Shown: positions 34,307 to 44,143 of the stretch, piece after piece
Numbering within the stretch: the stretch's first letter is position 1
Layout of the letters: each line of letters begins with the position of its first letter
Source: Acidimicrobiia bacterium
Lineage (GTDB): Bacteria > Actinomycetota > Acidimicrobiia > IMCC26256 > JACDBD01
NCBI GenBank assembly: GCA_035316025.1
Contig: DATFXL010000048.1
Coordinates: 5,382 to 69,381, forward strand
Direction of reading: 5' to 3'
DNA length: 64,000 nucleotides
Program-made: the position numbers and the translations under genes
Notes under the pieces: model-generated
The model's input: the letters and a program-made list of their open reading frames with translations, nothing else
Databases searched by the model: none
What the model was told of the DNA's origin: nothing

Positions 34307-35079
34307 ACCTCGACGGCAAGGTCGCGATCGTCACCGGCGCCAGCCGAGGGGTAGGCGCCGCGATCGCAGTCGCGCTCGCCGACGCCGGCGCGCGCGTCGC
34401 CTGCGCGGCTCGCGCGACGGACGCCGACCCCCTCCGTCTGCCCGGCACCATCGACGCCACGGTCCGGCGCATCGGCGACGCCGGCGGTGAGGCGATCGCG
34501 GTGCCGACCAACCTCGCCCACGAGGACGACATCGAGCGCATGGTGACCACCACGGTCGATCACTTCGGACGGCTCGACGTCCTCGTGAACAACGCCGCCA
34601 TCACGTTTCCCGGTGACCTCGACGTGCCCCTGAAGCGGTACGACCTGATGATGGCGGTGAACCTGCGGGCGCCGCTCGTCGCCGCGCATGCGGCTGTCCC
34701 GCACATGCGGCAACGGGGCGAGGGCGCGGTCCTGAACCTGTCGTCGGCGGCGGCGCTCGGCTACATCCCGGGGCTCATGGTCTACGGCATGTCGAAGATC
34801 GCACTCGAGCACTTGACGGTCTCGCTGGCCGAGCAGCTGCGCCCGGACCGCATCGCCGTGAACACGTTCCGCATCGACGTGCCGGTGGCGTCGGAGGGAT
34901 TCGTCGCCAACCTCCCTGACGCCGACCATTCCAGCTGGCAGCCGACCGAGGTCCCGGCGGAGGGCGTGGTGTGGATGCTGCACCAGCCCCCGTCGTACAC
35001 GGGCCACAACGTGAGCATGGTCGAGCTGGGCGCCGAGCACGGGATCATGGCGTCGCGGACGGGCGGGGGCGGCGGATGA
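34303..35079 (+). CDS. SDR family oxidoreductase
   Basis: This is the 3' part of track ORF 33625..35079. The GTG at 34303 overlaps the PolDom stop (GTGA). It has VTGASRGVG, NNAA and YGMSK. Confidence 0.85.
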   Translation: MNLDGKVAIVTGASRGVGAAIAVALADAGARVACAARATDADPLRLPGTIDATVRRIGDAGGEAIAVPTNLAHEDDIERMVTTTVDHFGRLDVLVNNAAITFPGDLDVPLKRYDLMMAVNLRAPLVAAHAAVPHMRQRGEGAVLNLSSAAALGYIPGLMVYGMSKIALEHLTVSLAEQLRPDRIAVNTFRIDVPVASEGFVANLPDADHSSWQPTEVPAEGVVWMLHQPPSYTGHNVSMVELGAEHGIMASRTGGGGG

Positions 35080-35810
35080 GAAGCCACGACCGCGCGCCCA
35101 CCGCGTGGTACACGAGGGGGGTGACTCTGGACGAGCCTCGCTCTCCTCGCGACGCGCAGCGCCGCCGCCTCTACCTGGCCGAGACGCCGCTGCCCACGAG
35201 CCCGCTCCCCGGGCTCGACGCGTGCGCGGCCTACGCCGACCGGGTGGTCGGGACACTGTGGTGGGAGGCACGCTTCCCCCACCGGGGCCTCGGGCGGGTG
35301 CCCGGCTTCCGGCCCGGCCACGGCGCTCGCCAGGCCTTCTTCACCACGGACGAGCGGGGGACGACGATCACGCTCCCCCGTCGGTATCGCACCAAGGGCG
35401 TCGTGCTCCACGAGCTGGTGCACTGGGCCCTGGCCGACGACCTCGACCTCCCCACCCACGGCCGCACTTTCGCCCGCCTGCTCCTCGATGCCACGGGCGA
35501 GTTCCTGGGCGCCGAGCGCGCGCACGCGCTGCAAACCTCGTACCGCGAACAGCGTGTGCACGTCGCCCGTTCCCCGCGCCTCGGTCCCGACCGGCGCCTG
35601 CACTACGGATGGGACGAGCGCCTCCGCCTCGGCAAGGGCAAGCCCCTCTCGGTCCTGTATCTGGCGCGAGACGGCGGCCCCATCGCGACGACCGGCGTCT
35701 ACGAGGGCTACGACAAGAGCCGGACGACACTGCTCGTCCGGGTCGGAGGCGCGGTTCGCCCGATGCGCATTCCGGCGAACACCATCTGGGACGTACGCCT
35801 CGCGTCCTGA
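35076..35810 (+). CDS. HExxH putative metallohydrolase (resembles the actinobacterial TIGR04338-type family)
   Basis: This is the 3' part of track ORF 34971..35810. The ATG at 35076 overlaps the SDR stop (ATGA). It has the VLHELVHW zinc-binding motif. The family name is recalled from memory. Confidence 0.6.
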   Translation: MRSHDRAPTAWYTRGVTLDEPRSPRDAQRRRLYLAETPLPTSPLPGLDACAAYADRVVGTLWWEARFPHRGLGRVPGFRPGHGARQAFFTTDERGTTITLPRRYRTKGVVLHELVHWALADDLDLPTHGRTFARLLLDATGEFLGAERAHALQTSYREQRVHVARSPRLGPDRRLHYGWDERLRLGKGKPLSVLYLARDGGPIATTGVYEGYDKSRTTLLVRVGGAVRPMRIPANTIWDVRLAS

Positions 35811-35811
35811 A

Positions 35812-37023
35812 TCAGTTCAGGCGTTCGACGATCATGGCCATGCCCTGACCGCCGCCGACGCACATCGTCTCGAGCCCGATCGTCTTGCCGGCGTCCTCGA
35901 GCCCGTTCAGCAACGTCGTCATGATGCGGGCACCCGTCTGACCGAACGGGTGACCCAGCGCGATCGCGCCGCCGTTCACGTTCAGCTTGTCCCACTCGAT
36001 ACCAAGGTGGCGGGCGGACGGGATCACCTGGGCCGCGAACGCCTCGTTGATCTCGACCAGGTCGATATCGTCGATCGTCATATCGGCGCGCGCGAGCGCC
36101 TGCCTACTCGCGCCGATCGGCCCGAGGCCCATGATCTCCGGGTTGAGCGCGGTGACACCGCTCGACACGATGCGGGCCAGCGGGGTGATGCCGAGATCGG
36201 CGGCGCGGTTGTCGCTCATCACGACGACGGCGGCGGCGCCGTCGTTCAGCGGGCACGCGTTCCCGGCCGTGACCTTGCCGTCGGGACGGAACGCCGGCTT
36301 GAGCTGCGCGAGCTTCTCGACGGTCGTGTCCGGGCGCGGCCCGTCGTCCTTGCTGACGACCGTGCCGTTGGGTAGCTCCACTGGGATGATCTCGCGCTCG
36401 AAGAAGCCGTTCGTCTGTGAGTTGACGGCGCGGTTCTGCGACAGCGCCGCGAACTCGTCCATCTCCTCGCGCGAGACGTTCTCGAGCTCGGCGACGTTCT
36501 CGGCCGTCTGCCCCATCGCGATGTAGATATCGGGCAGGCCCTCAGAAGGGTCCCACGGCCCTTGGCCTCCTTCGGACCGCTTCATGCTGCGCAGCCCGGC
36601 GTCCTGGAACTTCGGATTCTGGGTGTCGGGCCAGCTGTCGGAGTTGCCCTTGCCGAACCGGCTGACGCACTCGACTCCGGCGGCCACGAAAGCGTCACCC
36701 TCGCCCGCCTTCACCGCGTGGGCGGCCATGCGGATCGTCTGCAGCGACGACGAGCAGTAGCGCGTGATCGTGCAGCCCGGCACGTCATGGAGGCCGGCGA
36801 GCACGCTCACGACTCGTGCCATGTTGAACCCCTGCTCGCCCCCCGGGAGGCCGCACCCGAGGATCAGGTCGTCGATCTCGTTGCGGTCGAGCGCCGGCAC
36901 CTTGTCGAGCACGGCGTTGACGATCGTGGTGGCGAAGTCGTCGGGCCGGAGGTCGACGAGCGACCCCTTGAAGGCCCGGCCGATCGGGCTGCGGGCGGTG
37001 GCAACGATGACGGGCTCAGGCAT
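35812..37023 (-). CDS. acetyl-CoA C-acyltransferase (thiolase)
   Basis: Track ORF 35812..37101, trimmed to the ATG at 37023 (GGAGG 7 nt upstream). It has the active-site Cys region RYCSSSLQ, NEAFAAQV, GGAIALGHPFG and CVGGGQG. Confidence 0.92.
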   Translation of the reverse strand: MPEPVIVATARSPIGRAFKGSLVDLRPDDFATTIVNAVLDKVPALDRNEIDDLILGCGLPGGEQGFNMARVVSVLAGLHDVPGCTITRYCSSSLQTIRMAAHAVKAGEGDAFVAAGVECVSRFGKGNSDSWPDTQNPKFQDAGLRSMKRSEGGQGPWDPSEGLPDIYIAMGQTAENVAELENVSREEMDEFAALSQNRAVNSQTNGFFEREIIPVELPNGTVVSKDDGPRPDTTVEKLAQLKPAFRPDGKVTAGNACPLNDGAAAVVVMSDNRAADLGITPLARIVSSGVTALNPEIMGLGPIGASRQALARADMTIDDIDLVEINEAFAAQVIPSARHLGIEWDKLNVNGGAIALGHPFGQTGARIMTTLLNGLEDAGKTIGLETMCVGGGQGMAMIVERLN

Positions 37024-37095
37024 GGCAATGCCTCCGGGATGTCGAGAGAACGACCCTAGCCCGCGCTCGATCGGGCCCGGACATAGGGTCGACGG

Positions 37096-38019
37096 ATGCA
37101 CGACGGGAGCCGGAAGGCGATCGCCGCCGCGTTCCTCGCCAACCTCGGCATCGCCGTGGCCAAATTCGCGGGCTTCGCGATCACCGGTGCGGCGTCACTG
37201 CTCGCGGAGGCGATCCATTCCGTCGCCGACACCGGGAACCAGGCGCTCCTCTTCCTCGGCGGCCGGCGCGCCCGACGCCGCCCGACCGCCGAGCACCCTT
37301 TCGGGTTCGGACAGGAGCGCTACTTCTGGGCGTTCATCGTCGCGCTCATGCTGTTCTCGCTCGGGGGCTTGTTCGCCGTCGTCGAGGGCATCGACAAGAT
37401 CGTGCATCCGCACGAGCTGGAGTCGTTTCCGATCGCGCTGGCGGTGCTCCTCGTCGCCATGGTGCTCGAGGGGTTCTCGTTCCGGACCGCGGTGACCCAG
37501 GCGGCTCCTGGACGCCGAGGCGTGTCGTGGTGGCAGTACATCCGCCGTACGAAGAGCCCCGAGCTCCCCGTCGTCCTGCTGGAGGACACCGGCGCACTGC
37601 TCGGTCTGTTCCTGGCTCTCGTCGGCGTGACTGCCGCGCAGATCACCGGCAACTCACGATGGGACGCCCTCGGCAGCATCGGCATCGGGATCCTTCTCGG
37701 CGTCATCGCGATCGTGCTCGCGACCGAGATGAAGAGCCTGCTCATCGGCGAGTCGGCCTCGTCGCATCTCGAGGACGCCATCCGGTCGGCAATGGTCGAC
37801 GGCAAGGTCGTCCAGCGCGTGATCCATCTGCGCACGATGCATCTCGGTCCGGACGAGCTGCTCGTGGCGGCGAAGCTCGAAATCGACGCGCCGTCGGTTC
37901 CCGACCTCGCGCGGGCCATCGACGCCGCCGAAGCGCGTGTGCGCGCTGCGGTGCCCATCGCGCGCGTGATCTACGTCGAGCCCGACGTGTACCGCCCCGA
38001 CGCGGTCGTGGACCGATGA
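37096..38019 (+). CDS. cation diffusion facilitator (CDF) family metal efflux transporter
   Basis: Track ORF 37096..38019. It has HSVADTGNQ, HPFGFGQERYFW and a C-terminal cytoplasmic domain. Confidence 0.9.
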   Translation: MHDGSRKAIAAAFLANLGIAVAKFAGFAITGAASLLAEAIHSVADTGNQALLFLGGRRARRRPTAEHPFGFGQERYFWAFIVALMLFSLGGLFAVVEGIDKIVHPHELESFPIALAVLLVAMVLEGFSFRTAVTQAAPGRRGVSWWQYIRRTKSPELPVVLLEDTGALLGLFLALVGVTAAQITGNSRWDALGSIGIGILLGVIAIVLATEMKSLLIGESASSHLEDAIRSAMVDGKVVQRVIHLRTMHLGPDELLVAAKLEIDAPSVPDLARAIDAAEARVRAAVPIARVIYVEPDVYRPDAVVDR

Positions 38020-38825
38020 CTCACTACGAGGTGCGCGCATACAACGCCGCCACCGCGTCGGAGAACAAGATTCACGACGACGCCGTGGCGCGCAGCTACG
38101 GATTCGACGGCGGGCTCGTTCCCGGTGTGACCGTGTACGCGTACCTGACGCACCCGGTCGTGGCCGAGCTCGGACGCGCCTGGCTCGAACGCGGCACGAT
38201 GACGACGCGCTTCGTCCGCCCCTGCTACGACGGCGACCACGTCATCGTCGACACCGACCCGCGCGGTGATGTAGACGTCCCGACGCTCGACCTGACCGCG
38301 CTCCGAGCCGCCGCCGGCCCCGCCGACCACGTAGTGGCGACGGCGACCGCCTCGCTGCCCGCCATCCGACCTCGCCCACCGTCGCTCGACGAGTACCCCG
38401 CCGCTCCCCTGCCCACCGCCCGCGTGCCGGCGACAGAGCACGACCTCGCTGCGCTCGGCACGCTCGGGTCGTGGGAAGGCGCGTTTCACGCCGAGCATGC
38501 CCCCGCGTTCCTCGACGAGATCGGGGAGGACCTTCCCCTCTACCGGGACGGCGGCCCCGCGCACCCGGGGTACCTGCTGCTGGCCGCCAACTGGATCTTC
38601 GGCGCCAACGTCCGCCTGGGCCCGTGGATGCATGTCGGCAGCGACGTCACCAACTACGGCGTGGTGTCCGACGGCGACCGGGTCTCGACCCGCGGCCGCG
38701 TCGCGGGTCTGTTCCAGCGCAAGGGCCACCGGTTCGTCGACCTCGACCTCCTGATGGTCGCCGACGACGCCCGCCCGGTCGTGCACGTGCGCCACACGGC
38801 GATCTACGAGATCGCCCGCCGCTGA
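38016..38825 (+). CDS. MaoC-like / hotdog-fold dehydratase family protein
   Basis: This is the 3' part of track ORF 37527..38825. The ATG at 38016 overlaps the CDF stop (ATGA). ENKIHDDAVARSYGFDGGLVPGV resembles the MaoC signature. Confidence 0.65.
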   Translation: MTHYEVRAYNAATASENKIHDDAVARSYGFDGGLVPGVTVYAYLTHPVVAELGRAWLERGTMTTRFVRPCYDGDHVIVDTDPRGDVDVPTLDLTALRAAAGPADHVVATATASLPAIRPRPPSLDEYPAAPLPTARVPATEHDLAALGTLGSWEGAFHAEHAPAFLDEIGEDLPLYRDGGPAHPGYLLLAANWIFGANVRLGPWMHVGSDVTNYGVVSDGDRVSTRGRVAGLFQRKGHRFVDLDLLMVADDARPVVHVRHTAIYEIARR

Positions 38826-38829
38826 ATCG

Positions 38830-39348
38830 TCAGCCCACGCGTCGGAGCTCGTCCCGGTAGCGCGCTCCGTTCTGGACGTAGCCGGCCGCGTTGCGGGCGA
38901 TGTCGGACGCGTCCGCAACACCCTCGCGCACGCGAGCCGGTACGCCGACCGCGATCGCGCCGGCGGGGACCTCCATGCCGTTGGGCACAAGTGCGGCGGC
39001 CCCGACGAGCGCGCCCGACTGCACGAGCGCACGGTGCAGCACGACGGACCCGGTCCCGACCAGCGCACCGTCCTCGACCACACAGCACTCGAGATGGGCC
39101 AGGTGCCCGACCACGCAGTCGTCGCCGATGAACGTGTCGAGCTCCTCGGTGCAGTGGATGACGGCGCCGTCCTGGATAGACGTGCGGGCCCCGACGACGA
39201 TCTTGCCGTAGTCGCCGCGCAGGACCGCCTGCGGCCAGATCGTGCTCTCGTCGCCGATGGTGACATCACCGATCACGGTGGCTTCGGGGTGCACGAAGGC
39301 GGACGGGGCGATCTCCGGCGTCGACGCGCCCAGCGCATAGATGGCCAT
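38830..39348 (-). CDS. gamma-carbonic anhydrase-like LbH protein (PaaY/YrdA family)
   Basis: Track ORF 38830..39393, trimmed to the ATG at 39348 (MAIYALG...). It has FVHPEATVIGDVTIG, IWPQAVLRGD and IGDDCVVGHLAHLE. Confidence 0.85.
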   Translation of the reverse strand: MAIYALGASTPEIAPSAFVHPEATVIGDVTIGDESTIWPQAVLRGDYGKIVVGARTSIQDGAVIHCTEELDTFIGDDCVVGHLAHLECCVVEDGALVGTGSVVLHRALVQSGALVGAAALVPNGMEVPAGAIAVGVPARVREGVADASDIARNAAGYVQNGARYRDELRRVG

Positions 39349-39365
39349 GCCGGTACCGTAGCGGC

Positions 39366-40178
39366 GTGCTCGACCCAGACATGCTGGCCGCACATGCCGC
39401 GCGCATCGATCGCGACGGGTACACGATCCTCGAGCGCGTCATCGAGCCCGCGTTCGTCGCCGCGCTCGTCGACGACCTCGCCCGGCTCGAGGCGTTCTAC
39501 GGCGTCACCCCGTCCGACAACGACTTCGAGGGCACGAGGACGGACCGCATCTACAACCTGCTGGCGCTGGGCCGGCTCTACGAGGCGGTCCCCGTCCACC
39601 CGTGCGTGCTTCCGATCGTCGACCGCGTCCTCGATCCCGGATGCCTGGTGTCGTCGCTGTCGTCGATCTCGATCGGGCCGGGCGAGACCGCGCAGCCGAT
39701 CCACGCCGACGACCAGCTCATCCCGCTCACGAAGCCCCACGTCCCCACGGTGTGCAACACGATGTGGGCGCTCACCGACTTCACCGAGGCCAACGGCGCT
39801 ACCCGCGTGATCCCCGGATCGCACCGTCGCGACCACAACCCCGAGTACGGCGCGCCTTACGACAGCGTCGCCGCCGAGATGCCGATGGGCAGCGTGCTCG
39901 TGTGGCACGGCAGCCTCTGGCACGGCGGCGGCGCCAACACCACCGACGACCGGCGGATCGGCATCGCCATGAACTACTGCGCGGGATGGATCCGCCAGCA
40001 GGAGAACCAGCAGCTCGGGATCCCGCGCGACGTCGCGGCGCGCTTCGCGCCGCGGCTGCGGCAACTGTGCGGGTACGGCGTCTACAACGGCCTCATCGGG
40101 CACATCGACAAGCACAGCCCGGCCGAGATGCTGGGCGATCCGCCGGCCGAGAACCAGATGGTGTGGGACGTCGTCTGA
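39366..40178 (+). CDS. phytanoyl-CoA dioxygenase (PhyH) family Fe(II)/2-oxoglutarate oxygenase
   Basis: Track ORF 39366..40178. It has the PIHADD (HxD) motif, ATRVIPGSH and WHGSLWHGGGAN. Confidence 0.85.
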   Translation: MLDPDMLAAHAARIDRDGYTILERVIEPAFVAALVDDLARLEAFYGVTPSDNDFEGTRTDRIYNLLALGRLYEAVPVHPCVLPIVDRVLDPGCLVSSLSSISIGPGETAQPIHADDQLIPLTKPHVPTVCNTMWALTDFTEANGATRVIPGSHRRDHNPEYGAPYDSVAAEMPMGSVLVWHGSLWHGGGANTTDDRRIGIAMNYCAGWIRQQENQQLGIPRDVAARFAPRLRQLCGYGVYNGLIGHIDKHSPAEMLGDPPAENQMVWDVV

Positions 40179-42166
40179 GCGGCGCCGCCGGCGCGGCGGT
40201 CGTTGCGCTGATCGTCGGCGGTCCCTGGGGGCAGGGCATCGCGAGCGCCCGCCCCGCGCGGGCGCCCGCGGCCCACACCCCCTGTGACGCTCTCGATCCC
40301 GCGAAGTGCCTCTACCCGTTCCCCAACAATCACTTCACCGTGCGTGACCCCTCCACCGCCACCGGGCGGCGCGTCCAGCTCTCGCCCGACGCGATGCCGC
40401 GCAACGGCGCCGGGGTGCCGATCGACCCCACCGAGTGGAACCGCAACGACGGCTTCAGCCCCGGGACGCCCATCCTCACCGTCGTTCCCGGCATCGACCT
40501 CGACCGCACAGGCGCCGCGCCCGAGACCGACATCGGGCGCTCGCTGCGCGCCGACGCGCCCATCGTCCTCCTCGACGCGACATCAGGTCGGCGCGTCCCC
40601 TATTGGGCCGAGCTCGACTTGACCGTGCCCGACCCCGCGCAGCGCTCGATGATCGTGCGTCCGGCCGTGAACTTCCGTGAGGGTCATCGCATCGTCGTCG
40701 CCTTACGCCGCCTGCGTGACGCCTCCGGCACGATCATCCAACCCAACGACGTGTTCCGAGCCTTCCGCGACAACGTCAAGACCGACGACCCCACGATCGA
40801 ACGTCGGCGGCGGCACATGAACGAGATCCTCAAGGTCCTCGACCAGGCCGGTGTGAAGCGCAACGACCTGTTCCTCGCCTGGAACTTCACCGTGGCAAGC
40901 GAGCGGAATCTGTCCGAACGCATGTTGCACATCCGTGATACCGCCTTCGAGTCCCTCGGCAACAACGCGCCTTCGTTCCAGGTCACACAGGTCGAGGACA
41001 ACGTCGACGATCGCGTTGCCCGCCGCGTGACCGGGACGTTCACCGTTCCCGACTACCTCACGGGTGACGGGAGTCCCGGCAACCGGTTCGATCTCGGGCA
41101 GAACGGCCTGCCGCAACGCAACGGCGACTACACCGCGCCCTTCATGTGCATCATCCCCCGCGCCGCGCTCAAGGCGGACGGGACGGTCGCGCGCGCTCGT
41201 CCCGCCCTGTACGGCCACGGTCTGCTCGGGAGCGAGCGCGAGGTCGCCGCCGACAACGTGCGCGACATGGCGAACGAGCACAACTTCGTGTTCTGCGCAA
41301 CGAAATGGATCGGCCTGTCGGAGGATGACGTCGGCAACGCGGTGTCGGTGCTGGGGGACGTCTCCCGCTTTCCGACCATCGCCGACCGGCTCCAACAGGG
41401 CATCCTCGACACACTGTTTCTCGGTCGCCTCATGATCAGGACCGACGGCTTCGCGTCGAACCCCGCGTTTCAGGGGAACGGGACTCCGGTCATCGACACG
41501 CGAGAGCTGTTCTACGACGGCAACAGCGAGGGCGGGATCATGGGTGGGGCCGCTACCGCCGTGACCCAGGACTGGACCCGCGCCGTGATCGGGGTCCCGG
41601 GGATGAACTACAGCACCCTGCTTCAGCGCAGCACCGACTGGGACACCTACAAGGCGGTGTTCGACCCCGCATACCCAGACCCGACCGACCACGCGCTCAT
41701 CCTCGCGATGGTGCAAATGCTCTGGGACCGGGGCGAGGCCAACGGCTACGCCCAGCACCTCACCCGTGACCCGTACCCGAACACACCGACGCACAAGGTG
41801 CTCATCCACGAGGCCTTCGGCGACCACCAGGTCGCCAATGTCGCCACCGAGGTCGAGGCGCGCTCACTCGGCGCCCGCGCTCACCGTCCCGCGCTCAAGC
41901 CGGGGCGGGCTCCGGCGCGCCACGAGCTGTGGGGCATCGAGGAGATCGGAGGCTCGTCGTTCGACGGCTCGGCCCTCGTGGTGTGGGACAGCGGTACGCC
42001 TGCCCCGCCGAACGGCAACGTCGCACCACGCGGCGGCGTGGATCCGCACGGGTCCCCGCGCGCGTCGAAGGAGGCGCGGGAGCAGAAGTCGGAGTTCTTG
42101 AAGCGCGGCGGCCGCATCGTCGACGTCTGCCACGGCAAGCCGTGCACCGCACCACCGCCGCCTTGA
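40163..42166 (+). CDS. secreted alpha/beta-hydrolase-like protein (GxSxGG nucleophile elbow), function unknown
   Basis: This is the 3' part of track ORF 39602..42166. The GTG at 40163 gives a signal peptide VGRRLSGAAGAAVVALIVGGPWGQGIASA/RPA with a twin-Arg-like n-region. It has a YDGNSEGGIMGG serine elbow. It overlaps the PhyH 3' end by 16 nt. Confidence 0.68.
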   Translation: MGRRLSGAAGAAVVALIVGGPWGQGIASARPARAPAAHTPCDALDPAKCLYPFPNNHFTVRDPSTATGRRVQLSPDAMPRNGAGVPIDPTEWNRNDGFSPGTPILTVVPGIDLDRTGAAPETDIGRSLRADAPIVLLDATSGRRVPYWAELDLTVPDPAQRSMIVRPAVNFREGHRIVVALRRLRDASGTIIQPNDVFRAFRDNVKTDDPTIERRRRHMNEILKVLDQAGVKRNDLFLAWNFTVASERNLSERMLHIRDTAFESLGNNAPSFQVTQVEDNVDDRVARRVTGTFTVPDYLTGDGSPGNRFDLGQNGLPQRNGDYTAPFMCIIPRAALKADGTVARARPALYGHGLLGSEREVAADNVRDMANEHNFVFCATKWIGLSEDDVGNAVSVLGDVSRFPTIADRLQQGILDTLFLGRLMIRTDGFASNPAFQGNGTPVIDTRELFYDGNSEGGIMGGAATAVTQDWTRAVIGVPGMNYSTLLQRSTDWDTYKAVFDPAYPDPTDHALILAMVQMLWDRGEANGYAQHLTRDPYPNTPTHKVLIHEAFGDHQVANVATEVEARSLGARAHRPALKPGRAPARHELWGIEEIGGSSFDGSALVVWDSGTPAPPNGNVAPRGGVDPHGSPRASKEAREQKSEFLKRGGRIVDVCHGKPCTAPPPP

Positions 42167-42187
42167 TGTGACTGCCGCCGCGCGCGC

Positions 42188-42649
42188 CTACGCGTGATCC
42201 CGCCCTTGCGAGGAGAGAAAGTCCTGCAGCCGTTCGAGGCTGTCGGTCCATCCGCTTTCGTGCACCGCGTGGCGCTCCTCGGTTGCGAATCCCACCTGTT
42301 GGAGCCTGAACCGGGTCGAGTCGCCCAGGTCCTCCAGCGACACCGTCGCGATCGTCTCCCGATCGGCCGGGTCGGGAGGATCCCAGCGGAACGTGTACTC
42401 GAGCAGAGAGGGCCGATCGACCCGTAGGAACTCACCGGTGAGGTGGAACACCTCGCCGTCCGGGGGCTGCATTGCGAAGCGGTACCGCCCTCCGACCCGG
42501 AGATCGAGATCGACGTGCGGCGTCGTGAACCCGTGCGGACCCCACCACCGGGCGAGCTCATGGGGCTCGGTGCACGCGCCCCAAACGCGCTCACGAGCAG
42601 CGGGCAACACACGGTTCAGCCGGAGTGTCAGTCCCACCGCGTCGACCAT
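42188..42649 (-). CDS. SRPBCC family protein (AHSA1/START-like)
   Basis: Track ORF 42188..42649. It has RVWGACTEPHELARWWGP and GGRYRFAM motifs. Confidence 0.85.
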   Translation of the reverse strand: MVDAVGLTLRLNRVLPAARERVWGACTEPHELARWWGPHGFTTPHVDLDLRVGGRYRFAMQPPDGEVFHLTGEFLRVDRPSLLEYTFRWDPPDPADRETIATVSLEDLGDSTRFRLQQVGFATEERHAVHESGWTDSLERLQDFLSSQGRDHA

Positions 42650-42676
42650 GTCGTGCTCCCCTGAACGCGTTCCCCG

Positions 42677-43435
42677 CTAGCGCATGACCGCACCGCCGTC
42701 GACCGCCAGCGCGTGGCCGACGACGAAGGACGCCGCGTCGCTGCACAACCACACCACTGCTTCGGCGATCTCCTCCGGCCGGCCCATGCGACCGAGGGGA
42801 ACGCTGCGGGTCATGATGCGCTCCACCTGCGGATCGCCGGCTATGAAGCCCTCGAGCATCGGGGTGCGCGTGCTGCCGGGACAGATCGCGTTGATCCGGA
42901 TGCCCTGGGATGCGTACTCCATCGCCGCCGCCCGGGTCAGGCCCACGACGCCGTGCTTGCTCGCGACGTAGGCGGGCAAGCCGGGGAAACCGACGAGCCC
43001 GGCCCCGGACGCCATGTTCACGATGGCGCCGCCGTGTTCGAGCATGGCGGGGATCTCGTACTTCAAGCCCAGGAACACGCCGGTGAGATTCAGTGCGATC
43101 GTGCGGTTCCAATCGTCGAGCGCGTAGTCGGCGGTCGCCGCGCTCGCGCCGGTCGTGCCGGCGTTGTTGAGAGCGCAGTCGAGGTGTCCCCACCGTTCGA
43201 CGGCCCGGTCGACCAGCGCGGCGACGTCGTCCGGTCGGGTCACGTCGGCGCGGTAGAACTCGGCGTCGCCGCCGGCTTCCTCGAACACCAGCGCGGCGGT
43301 CTCCTTGCCGCTGTCCTCGTTCACGTCCGCGACCGTGATGGTCGCGCCGGCGCGGGCAAGGGCGATGGCGGACGCCCGCCCGAGACCGGATCCGCCGCCC
43401 GTGACGAGCGCGGCCTTGCCGTCGAGCGCGCTCAC
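42677..43435 (-). CDS. SDR family oxidoreductase (3-oxoacyl-ACP reductase/glucose dehydrogenase-like)
   Basis: Track ORF 42677..43435. It has VTGGGSGLG, NNAG, YVASK and PGSTRTPM. Confidence 0.9.
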   Translation of the reverse strand: MSALDGKAALVTGGGSGLGRASAIALARAGATITVADVNEDSGKETAALVFEEAGGDAEFYRADVTRPDDVAALVDRAVERWGHLDCALNNAGTTGASAATADYALDDWNRTIALNLTGVFLGLKYEIPAMLEHGGAIVNMASGAGLVGFPGLPAYVASKHGVVGLTRAAAMEYASQGIRINAICPGSTRTPMLEGFIAGDPQVERIMTRSVPLGRMGRPEEIAEAVVWLCSDAASFVVGHALAVDGGAVMR

Positions 43436-43445
43436 GAGCGCTCCA

Positions 43446-44129
43446 TCACGCCGGCAGGGTGCGCAGGATGTACTCGGCCGCCGGGTAGGACTCGACCGAG
43501 TCGAGGTCGAGGAACGAGGACACGTCGTCCATGACCCGTTTCACGTTGTGCTCGAGCGTGTCGGCAGATCCGCCGGCGCTGAAGTAGCGCATCGGATCCG
43601 TCAGGTCCTCGACCTCGCGCAGTCCCTCCTCCACAATGCCCCGCCACCGGGGGGCGCCGTCGGTCACCGGGCGAGCGATCGCGTGCCGCACGTACAAGCA
43701 GACGGGGTGCACCTCGAACGTCAACGGCGTGTGCGAGCCGTGCCATCGAGCGAAGAATTGGGCGTCGTCGATGCCGGCCCGCTTGTCGAACATGGTGATC
43801 TGCTTCACACCCGGGGAGCGTTCGCCGTCGGGCCACGTACGCCGCTCGTACGCGAGCGGGACCGACTCGGTGACGAGATAGCCGGCCATTCGGCTCGCGG
43901 CTCCGCCGAGGACGCCCTCGAACGGCCCACGGTCGTCGAGCGAGTCGAGCCAAAGCCCCACGGTGGCGGCGATGCCGTTGTCCGGCACCGCGACGGTCGC
44001 GCTCATGTCGACGGAGGGGTCCACGACATTGATCGTCAGCGCGTGCGGACCAAGCCCGAGCAGCTCCGATCCGACGCGCTCGACGAGCCCCTCGGGGACG
44101 TCCCAGAGCGCGTAGACGAGCTTCTCCAT
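43446..44129 (-). CDS. hypothetical protein with EthD-like C-terminal half
   Basis: This is the 3' part of merged track ORF 43446..45338, with the ATG at 44129 (MEKLVYALWD...). The second half, VKQITMFDKRAGIDDAQFFARWHGSHTPL, resembles the EthD domain. Confidence 0.6.
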   Translation of the reverse strand: MEKLVYALWDVPEGLVERVGSELLGLGPHALTINVVDPSVDMSATVAVPDNGIAATVGLWLDSLDDRGPFEGVLGGAASRMAGYLVTESVPLAYERRTWPDGERSPGVKQITMFDKRAGIDDAQFFARWHGSHTPLTFEVHPVCLYVRHAIARPVTDGAPRWRGIVEEGLREVEDLTDPMRYFSAGGSADTLEHNVKRVMDDVSSFLDLDSVESYPAAEYILRTLPA

Positions 44130-44143
44130 GGCTGGTGGGGACG

